Assembly: GCA_021817605.1 (NCBI GenBank)
Contig: JAKAUN010000002.1
Coordinates: 3,676 to 67,675, forward strand
DNA: 64,000 nucleotides
Source: Thermoplasmata archaeon
GTDB taxonomy: Archaea > Thermoplasmatota > Thermoplasmata > Lutacidiplasmatales > UBA184
Reading direction: 5' to 3'
This document shows, piece after piece, positions 10,877 to 21,300 of this stretch. Each line of letters begins with the position of its first letter. The first letter of the stretch is position 1. The notes beneath the pieces are model-generated. The model made no database searches. It was not told the DNA's origin and worked only from the letters and a program-made list of their open reading frames with translations. The position numbers and the translations under genes are program-made.

Positions 10877-11156
10877 GCGGGGCGAGAGGTAGGGAAACGG
10901 TCTCCCGCGTCGTGGCGCGGGGGGACCTTTTGGGCGAGCGCCGCGTTGCGTTCGGCTTCGCTCCCCGTCGGGGCGCGAGGCGCTCCCGGGACCCCTCGGG
11001 GCGGTCCGGAGCCTCGGGCGGACTCCCCCGCACCCTGACGGCGGCCCGGAGGCCGTGAACCCCCGGGACGGGGAGGCGAGGCGGCACCGGCCCCGACAGC
11101 CACGAGCTCCTGTCGCCGTCGCCCCGTGCTCCCCGGCGAGGGAGGGCGGAGAGCCG

Positions 11157-13607
11157 CTAAGGAGGCGTGGCCACGGGCCCGGAGCCTTCGGGAGCCGCGG
11201 GTGACGGGCTCCCACCGGTCCGTGGTCGGGACCGACCGCCGGTGGCCCGTTTGCCCGACGGGGCCTTGCGGGGGGCCTTCTTCGTCGAACCTGCGGCGCG
11301 GGAGGTCTTGCTCCGCTTCTCCTGGGCGGGCTCCTTCTTGCGGGACGGGCACTCCGGGTTGATGCACAGGGTCCAGGGGGGCCGACCGGCCTCGATGGCG
11401 GTGACGACCGGCGCCTTGCAGACCGGGCAGGGCGGCTGGTCCTTGAGGAGCTTGCCGCGCTGGGGAAGCGGATAGGTGACGCGGCACTCCGGATAGCCCG
11501 AGCAGCCGACGAACCGCTTGCCGGCGAACGAGTAGCGGATCTGCAACGGATGCCCCGAGCTCGGGCAGGTGCCGATGCGGAACGCCTTCTGGTTCTCGGC
11601 GCACTCCGGATTGATGCAGTAGAGCTCGGGCCGCTGGCCGCGGAAGGTGATCTTCACCCGCGGGACCTGGCAGGCCGCGCAGAGGAACTCCGGCGCGGGC
11701 TCGACGAATCCGGCCGGCGGCAGCGAATAGCTCACGGTGCAGGAGGCCGGGTTGTTCGAGCACTGCACCCAGCGCGACCCGCGCGGGCTCCTTCCCAGGC
11801 GGAGAGCGCCGCCGCAGCGAGCGCACGGTCCGACGAAGTGCTGCGCGTCCAGCGCGCCGGTGAGGGTCGCCCGTACCCCCTCGGAGTTCTTCGCGAGGAG
11901 CTCGTAGGCATCCCGAAGCATCTCGCGGGAGTCGGCAAGCACGTCCGACTTCGCCTTCTTCGTCTCGGCGACCAGCTCCATCTCCTCCTCGAGGCGGTGG
12001 GTCATCTCCGGCCGGGTGATGAGAGGCGCATGGGCACGGAGCGCCTCGGTGACCGCGATCCCCGTCGACGTCGGCTCGAGCTGGCGCGCGCTCACGTAGT
12101 GGCGGTCGAAGAGCTTCTGCAGGACGTCGTGACGGGTGCTCTTCGTCCCGAGCCCGAGGCGCTCCATCTCCTGGATGAGGGAGCCCTGCGTGTAGCGACG
12201 CGGAGGCTTGGTCTGCTCCTCCCGTAGTTCGACCGCGTCCAGCACCACCGTCTCGCCGACGGCGAGGGCAGGCATCGGGCTCTCGTCCGGCTGGGAATAC
12301 GGGTAGATCCGGTACCAGCCGGGGTCGGTAAGGCGATGGCCCTTCCCCTCGAACCGCTCCCCGCGTACGTCGACCGCCACGGTGCGGCTCCAGCCCAGAG
12401 CGTCCGGGCCCAGCGTCGCGAGGAACCGCCGCACGACGAGCTCGTAGAGCTGGGCGGCCTCCGGCTTGAGCTTCTTCGGGTCGATGGCCGCGGTCGGGTA
12501 GATCGGAGGGTGGTCGGTCGTCTCCGTCCTACCCCGCGTGGCCCTAAACGTCGGCTGGGAGAGGACGAGTTCGGCGGCGGAGGCGAACGGGGTCTCCTTG
12601 AACTTCTCGGCGAGCGTCCTGAGCCCGAGGCCGCGCGGGTAGACGGTGTTGTCCGTCCTCGGGTAGCTGATGATCCCCTGGGTGTAGAGGTCCTCGGCGA
12701 TCCGCATCACCCGCGCCGCCCCGAGACCGAGACGGGTCGCCTCCGCGACGAAGAGGGTCGTGGAGAACGGCACCGGCGGCCGACGTCGGGTCTCCTCCTC
12801 GGAGAACTCTCGGACGCTCCCGTCCCTTGCGTCCCGGACGCGGGCGAAGACCGCTTCGGCCTCCTCCTTCTTCTCCCAGATGCCGTGGGCGTGGTGGAGG
12901 GTGAACGCCTCCTCGCCTTTCGAGGCGCGGGCGACCAGCTCCCAGTAGGGGGTCGGCTCGAACTCCTTGATCGACTGGTCGCGTTCCACGAGCAGCGCGA
13001 GGGTCGGGGTCTGCACCCGTCCCACGGAAAGGAACCCTCGGCCCTGCGTGCCGGCGGTGAGGGAGAGGTAGCGGGTGAGCAGCGCTCCCCAGACGAGATC
13101 GATCTCCTGCCGGGACTCCGCCGCCTCGGCGAGAGCTCGGTCGACCTCGACCAGCTGGGTGAAGCTCCGCTCGATCTCGTCGCGCGTGAGCGCGCTGTAG
13201 CGCGCGCGCTTCACGTCGATCCCGGGGTGGATCTCCTGGAGGAGGGTGAGCGCCTCGAGGCCGATGAGCTCGCCCTCGCGGTCGAAGTCGGTCGCGATGA
13301 TGACCCGATCGAACTCTCGCACGATCTCCTGGAGCGCCCCGACGATCGCCGGCTCGGTCACCCGCTTCTCGGGGGCGGCGTCCAAAAGCCGGGGGAGGCC
13401 CGCGAGGCTCCACTGGGAGTGCTCTTCGGGGTAGTCGAGCTCGACGATATGCCCGCGAAGCCCGACCACGGCGTAGGGCCCCTCGCTCCGCTGGAACCGG
13501 AACACCGGGGTCCCGCGCACGCGCGCGCGCTCCATCCGGCCGTCGGAGAGGACGATGGCGATCCGCAGGGCCGTGCTGAACTTCTCGGTGACGACGAGGG
13601 TGCGCAT
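11157..13607 (-). CDS. topA: DNA topoisomerase I (type IA) with C-terminal zinc-ribbon repeats
   Basis: 816 aa. Toprim N-terminus (VVTEKFSTALRIA, IIATDFDREGELIG), catalytic-Tyr region (GIISYPRTDNTVYP), and several C-terminal CxxC...CxxC zinc ribbons. Confidence 0.9.
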   Translation of the reverse strand: MRTLVVTEKFSTALRIAIVLSDGRMERARVRGTPVFRFQRSEGPYAVVGLRGHIVELDYPEEHSQWSLAGLPRLLDAAPEKRVTEPAIVGALQEIVREFDRVIIATDFDREGELIGLEALTLLQEIHPGIDVKRARYSALTRDEIERSFTQLVEVDRALAEAAESRQEIDLVWGALLTRYLSLTAGTQGRGFLSVGRVQTPTLALLVERDQSIKEFEPTPYWELVARASKGEEAFTLHHAHGIWEKKEEAEAVFARVRDARDGSVREFSEEETRRRPPVPFSTTLFVAEATRLGLGAARVMRIAEDLYTQGIISYPRTDNTVYPRGLGLRTLAEKFKETPFASAAELVLSQPTFRATRGRTETTDHPPIYPTAAIDPKKLKPEAAQLYELVVRRFLATLGPDALGWSRTVAVDVRGERFEGKGHRLTDPGWYRIYPYSQPDESPMPALAVGETVVLDAVELREEQTKPPRRYTQGSLIQEMERLGLGTKSTRHDVLQKLFDRHYVSARQLEPTSTGIAVTEALRAHAPLITRPEMTHRLEEEMELVAETKKAKSDVLADSREMLRDAYELLAKNSEGVRATLTGALDAQHFVGPCARCGGALRLGRSPRGSRWVQCSNNPASCTVSYSLPPAGFVEPAPEFLCAACQVPRVKITFRGQRPELYCINPECAENQKAFRIGTCPSSGHPLQIRYSFAGKRFVGCSGYPECRVTYPLPQRGKLLKDQPPCPVCKAPVVTAIEAGRPPWTLCINPECPSRKKEPAQEKRSKTSRAAGSTKKAPRKAPSGKRATGGRSRPRTGGSPSPAAPEGSGPVATPP

Positions 13608-13767
13608 CGGGGGACGTAGAGAGGAGGAAGGGGTTAGATAAGGTATCAGGCGACCCGATGCCCTGCCGGCGGCCCGAACGCGGGCGCGCGCGTTCGTCCT
13701 TGGGCGACGGGGCTCGGAGCCCCCTCGCCGTTGTGGCCACGACGCCGGGCCGGTCGGGTTGGCACGC

Positions 13768-13774
13768 TTTATAC
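13768..13774 (+). promoter_or_regulatory. TATA box (TTTATAC) centred ~28 nt upstream of tRNA-Phe
   Basis: Canonical archaeal promoter spacing; the flanking sequence is GC-rich. Confidence 0.5.
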
Positions 13775-13798
13775 TGGGCTCGTGGTCGGGGCCACCGC

Positions 13799-13872
13799 GC
13801 CGCGGTAACTCAGTTTGGGAGAGTGCAAGACTGAAGATCTTGAAGCCGCCGGTTCAAGCCCGGCCCGCGGCA
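13799..13872 (+). tRNA. tRNA-Phe (anticodon GAA), CCA not encoded
   Basis: Acceptor stem GCCGCGG/CCGCGGC with discriminator A. D-arm ACUC-AGUUUGGGA-GAGU, anticodon arm CAAGA-CUGAAGA-UCUUG (U33 followed by GAA), 5-nt variable loop, T-arm GCCGG-UUCAAGC-CCGGC. Confidence 0.9.
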
Positions 13873-13911
13873 TCCCCTTCGGCCCGGTAGCTCGCGAGAT
13901 CCCCTGAGAGA

Positions 13912-13937
13912 GGCCGACCGGAGACGGCCGGTCGGCC
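13912..13937. repeat. Perfect 10-bp GC-rich inverted repeat (GGCCGACCGG-agacgg-CCGGTCGGCC) between tRNA-Phe and the convergent DUF35 gene
   Basis: Read directly from the sequence. It is a possible bidirectional terminator-like hairpin, though no oligo-T tract follows. Confidence 0.4.
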
Positions 13938-13953
13938 GGGGCGATCGGCCTGG

Positions 13954-14487
13954 CTACCGGTGCGTTTGGTCGGGAACGAACCAGACGTCCGTGATGCGGT
14001 ACTTCGGGCGGTCGGTGAACCGCGCGACGACGGGCATCCCGACGTAGATCTCCGGCTCGGTGCAGTCCTTGAGGCGGCCGAGAAGGAGGCTGCCGACCTT
14101 GTCGAACTCCACCAGGGCGAGGTTGTACGGCGTCTCGGAAAGGAACGCCTCGCTCCCGAAGTGGCAGGTGGTCCAGGAGTGGACCCGGCCGCTCTTGGGC
14201 AGCTCGAACCAGTCGGTCGGCTCCCCGCATACCATGCAGTTCGACCGCGGCGTGGCGTAGCGGAAGCCGCAGCTCCCCGACGTACAGCGCGAGCCGAGCA
14301 GCTTGCCCTCGGCCAGGCCGAGGAAGAACGGCGAGTCCTCGGCGTAGCTGTGGATGTACTCGATGGCGTAGGGATCGCGGATGACCAGGTTCTCGGAGCC
14401 CTGGGCGTCGCGGAAGATCGCCGAGCCGCTTCGTCCGAGCTCGGACTGGACGTCGCGGAACTTGTCGAAGGCGAGAGGTCGGGGCAT
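13954..14487 (-). CDS. DUF35 OB-fold/zinc-ribbon protein, the thiolase-associated scaffold subunit
   Basis: C-terminal 177 codons of read-through ORF 13954..15948: MPRPLAFDKFRD...CTSGSCGFRYATPRSNCMVCGEP..., a rubredoxin-like Zn ribbon followed by an OB fold. The ATG lies 3 nt after the thiolase stop. Confidence 0.8.
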   Translation of the reverse strand: MPRPLAFDKFRDVQSELGRSGSAIFRDAQGSENLVIRDPYAIEYIHSYAEDSPFFLGLAEGKLLGSRCTSGSCGFRYATPRSNCMVCGEPTDWFELPKSGRVHSWTTCHFGSEAFLSETPYNLALVEFDKVGSLLLGRLKDCTEPEIYVGMPVVARFTDRPKYRITDVWFVPDQTHR

Positions 14488-14489
14488 GG

Positions 14490-15911
14490 TCAGAACCCCC
14501 GCTCGAGGATCGAGACGGTCACCGACGAGCCGGTACCGGCGTGGCTGTGGATGGCTCCGCGCTTGGCCCCGGCGATCTGGAGCGTGCCGTCGCCGAAGTG
14601 CTTGTCCACCGTCCCTTGCAGCTGCCAGAGCGCGAAGACGGCCTGCATGAGCCCCGTGGCGCCGACCGGGTGCCCGCAGGCGATGAGCCCGCCGGAAGGG
14701 TTCACGGGGATCGTCCCGGCCTTGGGCACCTCGAGCCCGTAGTCGAGCCCCTTGAGGAACGGCGCTCCGGAGAGGGTGAAGTCGTAGCCTTCGCCGTAAC
14801 GGCAGAGCCCGAGGTCCTCGTAGGTCTGGATCTCGCTCGAGGCGTAGGCGTCGTGCAGCTCGACAAAGTCGAGCTCCTTGATCGGGTTGACGATCCCCGC
14901 CATCCGGTAGGCCTCGAGGCCCGCCGCGCGCCCCGCGCGGAAGGAATGCACACCGGGATAGGAGAGCCCGGCATAGTCGTTCTCGGTCTCGTGGGGGAAC
15001 CGCGGCACCTTGCCGAACGGTCGGTCGGCGAGACGCATCGTGTCGGTGCCGCAGCCGACCCCCGTGACCCGGACCGGGTGATCGGTGAACTCGCGGGCCC
15101 GCGACTCGTCGCAGAGGACCGCGACCGCGGCCCCGTCCGACATCGTGCAGATCTGCTCGCGGGTGAGCGGATAGCTGATCATCTCCGAGGCGAGGACGTC
15201 CTCGACGGTGAGCCGCTTCGGATACTGGGCGTAGGGGTTGTACAGGGCGTTGAGGTGGTTCTTCACCGAGACCCAGCTCATGATCCGCTGGCCCTCGGCG
15301 ATCGCGCGGCGCTGCGCCTCGCGCTCGTCGGTGATCCCGGCGAACTTGCCCCGGCGCAGGTACTCGTAGATGTGCCGGACGACCATGAGCGCGTAGTAGC
15401 CGGTGTAGAAGCCGCCGAGGGGGAAGTCGAAGTTCGTGTCGGAGGCGAGGGCGATGAACTCGTTGCCCTTCCAGGTCGCCACCCGGCTCATCGTCTCGTA
15501 GCCGGCAGCGAGGCAGACGTCCATCCGTCCGCTCGCCACGGCCTCGTAGGCGGCCTGGAAGCACTCGCCGCCGGTCGCTCCGCCCCACTCGATACGGACC
15601 GAACCCTTCGGGTTGAGCCCGAGGTAGTCCTGGACCATGCTCGCCGCCTTGAGCTGCCGGGAGAAATGGTCGGAGAAGTAGGAGATCCGCGAGCCGTCGA
15701 TCCGGTCCCTCGTCAGGTTCGGGGTGTCCTTGAGGGCGTAGTCGTAGGCTTTCTTCACCATCAGGCGGAAGTCCATCCCCGGATGGGCCTTGGCGAACTT
15801 CGTCACCCCGCCCGTAACGAGGTAGACCTTCCTCCCGGTCGACGCATGGGGACTTTCCGGATCGCGCCGCGACTCGGGGCGACGCTCCGGCGATGACGCT
15901 GTGGCGGACAT
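14490..15911 (-). CDS. Thiolase-superfamily protein, SCP-x/archaeal acetyl-CoA C-acetyltransferase type
   Basis: 473 aa; VYLVTGGVTKFAK...GGECFQAAYEAVASG...GHPVGATGLMQAVFALWQL are thiolase hallmarks. The N-terminal ~30 aa before VYLV may not be translated. Confidence 0.85.
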   Translation of the reverse strand: MSATASSPERRPESRRDPESPHASTGRKVYLVTGGVTKFAKAHPGMDFRLMVKKAYDYALKDTPNLTRDRIDGSRISYFSDHFSRQLKAASMVQDYLGLNPKGSVRIEWGGATGGECFQAAYEAVASGRMDVCLAAGYETMSRVATWKGNEFIALASDTNFDFPLGGFYTGYYALMVVRHIYEYLRRGKFAGITDEREAQRRAIAEGQRIMSWVSVKNHLNALYNPYAQYPKRLTVEDVLASEMISYPLTREQICTMSDGAAVAVLCDESRAREFTDHPVRVTGVGCGTDTMRLADRPFGKVPRFPHETENDYAGLSYPGVHSFRAGRAAGLEAYRMAGIVNPIKELDFVELHDAYASSEIQTYEDLGLCRYGEGYDFTLSGAPFLKGLDYGLEVPKAGTIPVNPSGGLIACGHPVGATGLMQAVFALWQLQGTVDKHFGDGTLQIAGAKRGAIHSHAGTGSSVTVSILERGF

Positions 15912-16013
15912 CTTGACGCTCCGGCGCGCGCAGACGGGTCCCCTTCATAACATGCGCACGGCGCGCTCCCGGCCGGGGCGAGACGTTTTGCCGCGGGGGC
16001 GCTGCCCTCGGCG

Positions 16014-17039
16014 ATGCCCGAGCGTTCCCCGAAACGCGACCTCCTTTCGCTCGCAGATGTCGCGGACGAGCTGCCGGCGCTCCTCGAGCATGCGACGCGG
16101 CTCAAGGCCGAGCGCGCGGGGGGCCGAGCGCGCGCGACCCTGCCGGGGAGGAACCTCGCCATGATCTTCGAAAAGCCGTCGACGCGCACCCGCGCCTCCT
16201 TCGAGGTCGCGATCGGGGACCTGGGAGGCCACGCGCTCTACCTCTCGGCGAACGACCTCCAGCTGGGGCGCGGCGAGACGATTTCCGACACGGCGCGCGT
16301 GCTCTCCCGCTACGTCGACGCGATCACCTACCGCGCCTTCCGCCACGAGAACATGGTGGAGCTCGCCCGTTCGGCGAGCGTCCCGGTCATCAACGCCCTC
16401 GACGACCTCGAGCATCCCTGCCAGATCGTCGCCGATCTCATGACGCTCCGCGAGAGGTGGGACGGAGGTTTCCGTGGCCGTCGCCTCGCCTGGATCGGCG
16501 ACGGCAACAACGTCTGCCACTCGCTGTTGCTCGGGGCGGCGGCGGTCGGGCTCGACCTGGCCGCGGCCATCCCCGAGGACTACCGCCCGCGACCCGAGCT
16601 CTTGAGCGCCGCCCGCACGCTCTCCGACAGGACCGGCGCGACGATCAGCCTCGTCGCCGATCCCCGCGAGGCAGCCCGCGGCGCGGATGCGCTCTACACC
16701 GACGTCTGGGTCTCGATGGGAGACGAGAGCGAGAAGGAAGCGCGCGAGCGCGCCTTTCGCGGCTACCAGATCAACGCCGAGCTGCTCGGTCTTGCCCGAC
16801 CCGAGGCGTTCGTGCTCCACGACCTCCCCGCCCATCGGGGGCAGGAGATCACCGACGAGGTGCTGGACGGGCCCCGTTCCGCCGCGTGGGACCAGGCCGA
16901 GAACCGTCTCCACGCCCAGAAAGCGATCCTCGAGACGCTCCTTCTCCCCAGGTCGGCCCAGGTCTCCCCCCGAGGGTCCGACCCCGGCCCGGCCACCCCG
17001 TCCCGCCGACGGGGCGGGACCGAGCGGGCAGCGCGCTAG
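16014..17039 (+). CDS. argF: Ornithine carbamoyltransferase
   Basis: STRTR carbamoyl-phosphate motif, HPCQ, and a DLP-containing C-domain. A ~25-aa C-terminal tail extends beyond the usual end. Confidence 0.9.
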   Translation: MPERSPKRDLLSLADVADELPALLEHATRLKAERAGGRARATLPGRNLAMIFEKPSTRTRASFEVAIGDLGGHALYLSANDLQLGRGETISDTARVLSRYVDAITYRAFRHENMVELARSASVPVINALDDLEHPCQIVADLMTLRERWDGGFRGRRLAWIGDGNNVCHSLLLGAAAVGLDLAAAIPEDYRPRPELLSAARTLSDRTGATISLVADPREAARGADALYTDVWVSMGDESEKEARERAFRGYQINAELLGLARPEAFVLHDLPAHRGQEITDEVLDGPRSAAWDQAENRLHAQKAILETLLLPRSAQVSPRGSDPGPATPSRRRGGTERAAR

Positions 17040-17048
17040 CCCGGCGGT

Positions 17049-17498
17049 CTATTCCGACGCGGCTCCCGCTTCCGCGCGCAGGCGGACCTTGAGAAGACGC
17101 TCGAGCTTGCGCACGAGCTCGTCCGGCGGGTGGATGCCCCCGGTCTCGACCTTGAGGACGACCGACTTCTTCTCGTTGAGACGCTTGCCGAGCTCCTCGG
17201 GGGTCCAGCCGAGGCCCTCGCGTGCCAGGCGGACCCGGCGGCCCCAGTCGGGGGCGAGCTCGAGCTCGCCGATCTCCGTGTAGAGGTCCCGCTCCTCGAG
17301 CCGACGCGGTCCGGCCGAGGCGCGCGTCGCCCCGACGGCCGGGCGGGGGCCGGAGCTCGTCGCCGCCGCGGCCGTCGCGGGGGGCGGATCGAGCGGGGTC
17401 CCGAACTTGGCGCACTCGGCGCAGAGCGAGAGCACCGAGCGCTCGATGCGCACCCGGCTCGTCGCCTCGACCTCTTTGCCGCACATCTCGCAGAGCAT
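17049..17498 (-). CDS. mbf1: Multiprotein-bridging factor 1 family transcription cofactor (N-terminal Zn ribbon plus C-terminal XRE HTH)
   Basis: MLCEMCGKEVEATSRVRIERSVLSLCAECAKFG zinc ribbon and a C-terminal HTH (GWTPEELGKRLNEKKSVVLKVETG). Confidence 0.8.
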   Translation of the reverse strand: MLCEMCGKEVEATSRVRIERSVLSLCAECAKFGTPLDPPPATAAAATSSGPRPAVGATRASAGPRRLEERDLYTEIGELELAPDWGRRVRLAREGLGWTPEELGKRLNEKKSVVLKVETGGIHPPDELVRKLERLLKVRLRAEAGAASE

Positions 17499-17987
17499 CT
17501 ACGGAACCTCCCCGCGCCGACGGGAGCGGCGCCGCTCCTCGGTCCTCCGTCGCCCCTCCTCGAACATGGCGCGCTCCTCCTCCGTGAGGGGGTGAAGCGG
17601 CGGAACCGCGGTCGGGCGGCCGTCCCGGTCGACCGCCACCATCGTGACGAACGCGTCGCCGACCTTGCGGACCGGCCCACCCTCGACCGCGCGCGAGGAG
17701 ATGCGCACCACCACTTCCATCGAGGTCCGGCCGGCGAACGTGAGCTCGCCGGAGAAGTCGACGACCTCGCCGACGTGCACCGGAGCGAGGAAATCGACAC
17801 GGTCGAAGGACGCCGTCACGCACGTCCGCTGGGCATGGCGGCTCGCCGCGACGTAGGCGACCCGGTCGACCTCGGCGAGGATCACCCCGCCGAAGACGTT
17901 CCCCATGAAGTTCGCGTCGCTCGGGACCATGAGACGAACGACCGACGCGCGGCTGGCGGCTACGGTTCCCGCGGACGGTTCGCTCAA
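17499..17987 (-). CDS. Acyl-CoA thioesterase, hotdog fold (YciA-like)
   Basis: VVRLMVPSDANFMGNVFGGVILAEVD..., cf. E. coli YciA LVLRTLAMPADTNANGDIFGG. Start is TTG at 17987 or the internal ATG. Confidence 0.8.
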   Translation of the reverse strand: MSEPSAGTVAASRASVVRLMVPSDANFMGNVFGGVILAEVDRVAYVAASRHAQRTCVTASFDRVDFLAPVHVGEVVDFSGELTFAGRTSMEVVVRISSRAVEGGPVRKVGDAFVTMVAVDRDGRPTAVPPLHPLTEEERAMFEEGRRRTEERRRSRRRGEVP

Positions 17988-18346
17988 CGACCCAGATCAC
18001 CCCGGCTTCGGGCAGGGCTCCTCAACGGTCCCCCGCTAAAATTGTTTCCGCGGGACCGGGGGCTTCCCGAACGGACCGCCACGACGACGGCCTCGGAGCG
18101 GCGCGGCCTGGGCGTGGGACGGACACCGCCGGCCCACTCCGAGCCCGAGGGCGAACGCGAGAAGCCCCCGAGCCCGCGCCGGGGCCCCCCGGCGGGAACC
18201 GCCGGAGGACGGGTCGGCCGTCCGGCCGGAATCCGACCCCGTGCCGCGACGGGGCGGGAGAGGGCTCGGGACGTGGGCGCTCTTCTCCGCGCCCGAGCCG
18301 CCGGTCCGAGAGACCGCCGCGCTCCCGGTGAGCCTCCTGGTGACTG

Positions 18347-21300
18347 CTAGGGCACTTCCTTGCGGTCTGCGCACGCCGCGTCCGTGGGACGGTCCTCGTC
18401 TCCCGCGGTCTGCCCCCCAAGAGCAGCTCCCGACCGGGAGGCGCCCGCCGCGGCCAGGAGCAACGTCGTCGCGAGAGCGGCTGCCGCGGGGAGCGCGAGC
18501 CCGGCACCGCCCACCGGCCCGCCGACCGACAACGCGGACGGAAGGCGGGGGAGCGCGGGGGGGTTCATGGTGACGTTGACGAGCTGCCTCGGAGACGGCG
18601 CGTGGAGCACCGCAATCGTTCCGCTGGCAGGGGTCGGGGCCTGCGTGTTCGCGACCCCCACGGTGTAGGTGTAGTTGCCTATCGGCAAGAGGAAACGGAT
18701 GACGCCCTTGCCGGCGAGCTTCGAAAGGGTCGTGGGGAAGGTGAGCGCCGGGGTCGAGCCGGTCGCGATCGTGACCGTCCAGGTCGCCCCAGCCTGTAGG
18801 CCCTTCTCGCGGAAGACGATCGCCTCGGTCAGTAGGCGGAACTTCACCACCTTGGTGAGGGCATGCTTGGGAACGTGGAACCCACCCTTGGCCGGCAGGA
18901 CCTTGTACTCCGCTCCCGGGCCGGCGATCGCGAAGTGGAAGGCGGCGCCGGTCGGTAGGGAGAACGATATCGAGGTGCCGGTCGATGTCTTCGACTGGCC
19001 GGCGGGTCCGCCGTGGGGGAACGCGGGGGTGAGATCAACTCCCCAGGTCGACCCCGCGTACTTCTGGAACTTCGCTAGCGAGCTCTGGTTGAAGGTGACC
19101 GTCTGGAGGTGCCCGAAGATGACCGTCCACGTGGCGACCCCCGACAGCGAGTAGGTCGGGGTCCCGTAGGTCTGGTTGGGCGACCCCGGACCCGCGATCC
19201 TGGCGACCCCCCATCCTGCGGGCCCACTGATGTTGTAGACGAGGGCGCCTGCCGCCTCCGAGAACGAGACCGAACCTGTCGACCCGGTCCCGGTCGTCAC
19301 CGTGGTGTCGCTCCTCACGATCCCGAGAACATCCACCGACCAGAGCGCCCCGGCCGGGAGGTGGAGCTCCCGGAAGCGCAAGGTGTGCCCGAGCGACGCC
19401 GTGAAGACGATGGGGATGTTCACGGGGCTCCCGCTGATCGAGAACTGCCCGCCGTAGAGGCTCGCGGCGAACCCCGGCACGAAGGGGATGGTGAAGTTGT
19501 AGCTGATGTTTTGGGCGTCCATGACCATCGCGTCGGGAGCCGGGGCGGTCGCCGTCACCGTGCCCGGAGGCGTGCCGAAAGCATGGCCGATCGAGAGCGA
19601 CCAATTCGTCCCGTTCGGGAGACCGGTCTCCGTGAACGTGGCGAGTTCGCCGGCTAGCAGGCTCGAGTTCGTCACCGCGTAGGCCTTCGACCAGTAGACG
19701 CTGGTCCCCGCGAACACGTTCTCTTGGAGGGTGATCGTGGTGAGCCCGTTGAAGCAGTCCGTCGCCTCGATGGACGCCGTCGGCACGACACTGGCGGCGC
19801 AGCTAGCCGCCGACTGGCTCGCGCCGTTGGACCCGGACGTGCTGGTCCCGATCAGCACGTTGTGGGCTGCCATCTGCGCCGTCCCGATGAGGAAGATCCC
19901 CGGCGCCCCGCTCGCCGCGTTGTTGACCACGTTCGCATCCACGGTGGTGATTCCCGTGCCTTGCGGCTCGGTCACGATGCCGTAGGCGAGGCTGTCGGTC
20001 ACGGTGTTGCCGTCGATCGTCGCCGGGGCGCCCGCGATGCCCGCGTAGCTCGAGGTGTACATCGCATACAAGATTCCGACCGAGCTCGAGCCCACGTGGT
20101 TCGCCTCGATGTTGCACGTCAAAGCCCCCGGAGCACATCCGGCCCAGATCGCCGACGATTGGGTCTGGGTGAAGTAGGAGCCGCCGGTCTCGAAGGAGAA
20201 GCCGCGGACGGTGTTGCCTGAGACGGTCACCGAGCTACCCCAGACGATGATCCCGCCCTCGGAGGCCGCCGTATCGGCTGCCCCTGGGCCGAGAACCGTG
20301 TTGCCGATCACCGAGAAGGTCCCGGTGGGCTCGACCGACGTTGCGGGGAAGATGTCGCCCGCCTCGATCCCCACCGGGCCGCCGGGGCCGGCCCCGCCGG
20401 CTCCGAGCGTGACCGTCGAGGATTCGATCGTGGCGCTCGTCAGGGCGGGGGCCACGATGATCCCGTTGACAGCGCCCGTTCCGAGCGTCGTCGCGTCCTT
20501 CACCGTGACCCCGTTCGCTTGGACCCCGATCGAGTTGCCGTCGCTCGGGTAGCCCGTCGTGTTGATCGTGAAACTCGCCCCGTTGAGCGTGCTGTCGGCC
20601 CAGTAGTCCGTAACGTTGCCCGCAAAGCTCGAGCGCAACGTGGCGACCGTGCCGGCTACCGACACCAGGCTGGCGTTCGTCGGGATCCCGCTCGAGCTCA
20701 GCACGAGCTGGCCGGGAGCCGCGTGGACGAACACGAGCACCGGCTCGACCACCGCCGAGCCGCTGACGGAGCCAACACCCGGGGTGATCAGCGTGTTCTC
20801 GTACCACCCGCCAATCGCTCCGATGCCGTAGGAGAACGATCCGTTCTGGAGATCGCCGACGATCGACGCCGGCGCGGGAACGTTGGCCGTGGTGCCGTTC
20901 ATCGTCACGGACCAGTCGAGGCCCGGGGTAAGGCCGCTCTCGGACCACGTAACATGCTCCCCACCCCGCTGGAACGAAGTCGCCGGGTAGGTCGGGAAGG
21001 TCGCCGTCCAGTCCGGCGCGTTCGTCTGAGCGAAGATGTTGGCGTTCAGCGTGACCTCGGTCGCGGGGTTGAAGCAATCGGTGGCCTCGACCGACGCGGT
21101 CGGGATCGTCGAAGCGACGCAGCTCGCCTGACCTTGGAGCGCCCCGTTGGTGCCGGTGGTGTTCGTCCCCAGGAAGACGTTCCCGGTCAGCGAGAAGGTC
21201 CCTCCAATGAGATAGGCGCCTGGGGCGCCGCTGGGAGCACTGGCGAACGTGTTGGACTCGACCAGGGAGACTCCCGCGGCCCCGGTGGGCTCAAGGACCA

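Noticed and set aside
10219-11826. Long R/P/G-rich ORFs antisense to real genes, for example 5721..7316, 10219..11826, 12544..13740, 24484..26061, 26692..28275, 29135..31102, 34157..36679, 42340..43752 and 56586..60035
   Set aside because: They show extreme Arg/Pro/Gly/Asp bias, no motifs, and complete overlap with well-supported genes on the other strand. These are typical stop-codon-poor antisense frames of ~70% GC DNA.
13954-15948. 664-aa minus-strand ORF
   Set aside because: This frame runs through the thiolase gene in a different frame and is R/P/G-rich until the final 177 codons, which are the DUF35 protein with its own ATG and RBS-less tight spacing.
17988-18346. ORFs 18022..18507, 18036..18374 and 18241..18573 in the gap between the thioesterase and the surface-protein gene
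   Set aside because: Low-complexity R/P/G peptides with no coding periodicity. The region is better explained as a long 3' UTR/intergenic region. It contains a GGTCCCCCGC...GCGGGACC hairpin near 18028-18062, but I could not support any RNA gene.
18347-18560. PGF-CTERM/archaeosortase sorting signal at the C-terminus of the surface protein
   Set aside because: The C-terminus has a hydrophobic helix plus basic/acidic tail but no PGF (or related) tripeptide before it, so I call it only a generic C-terminal TM anchor.
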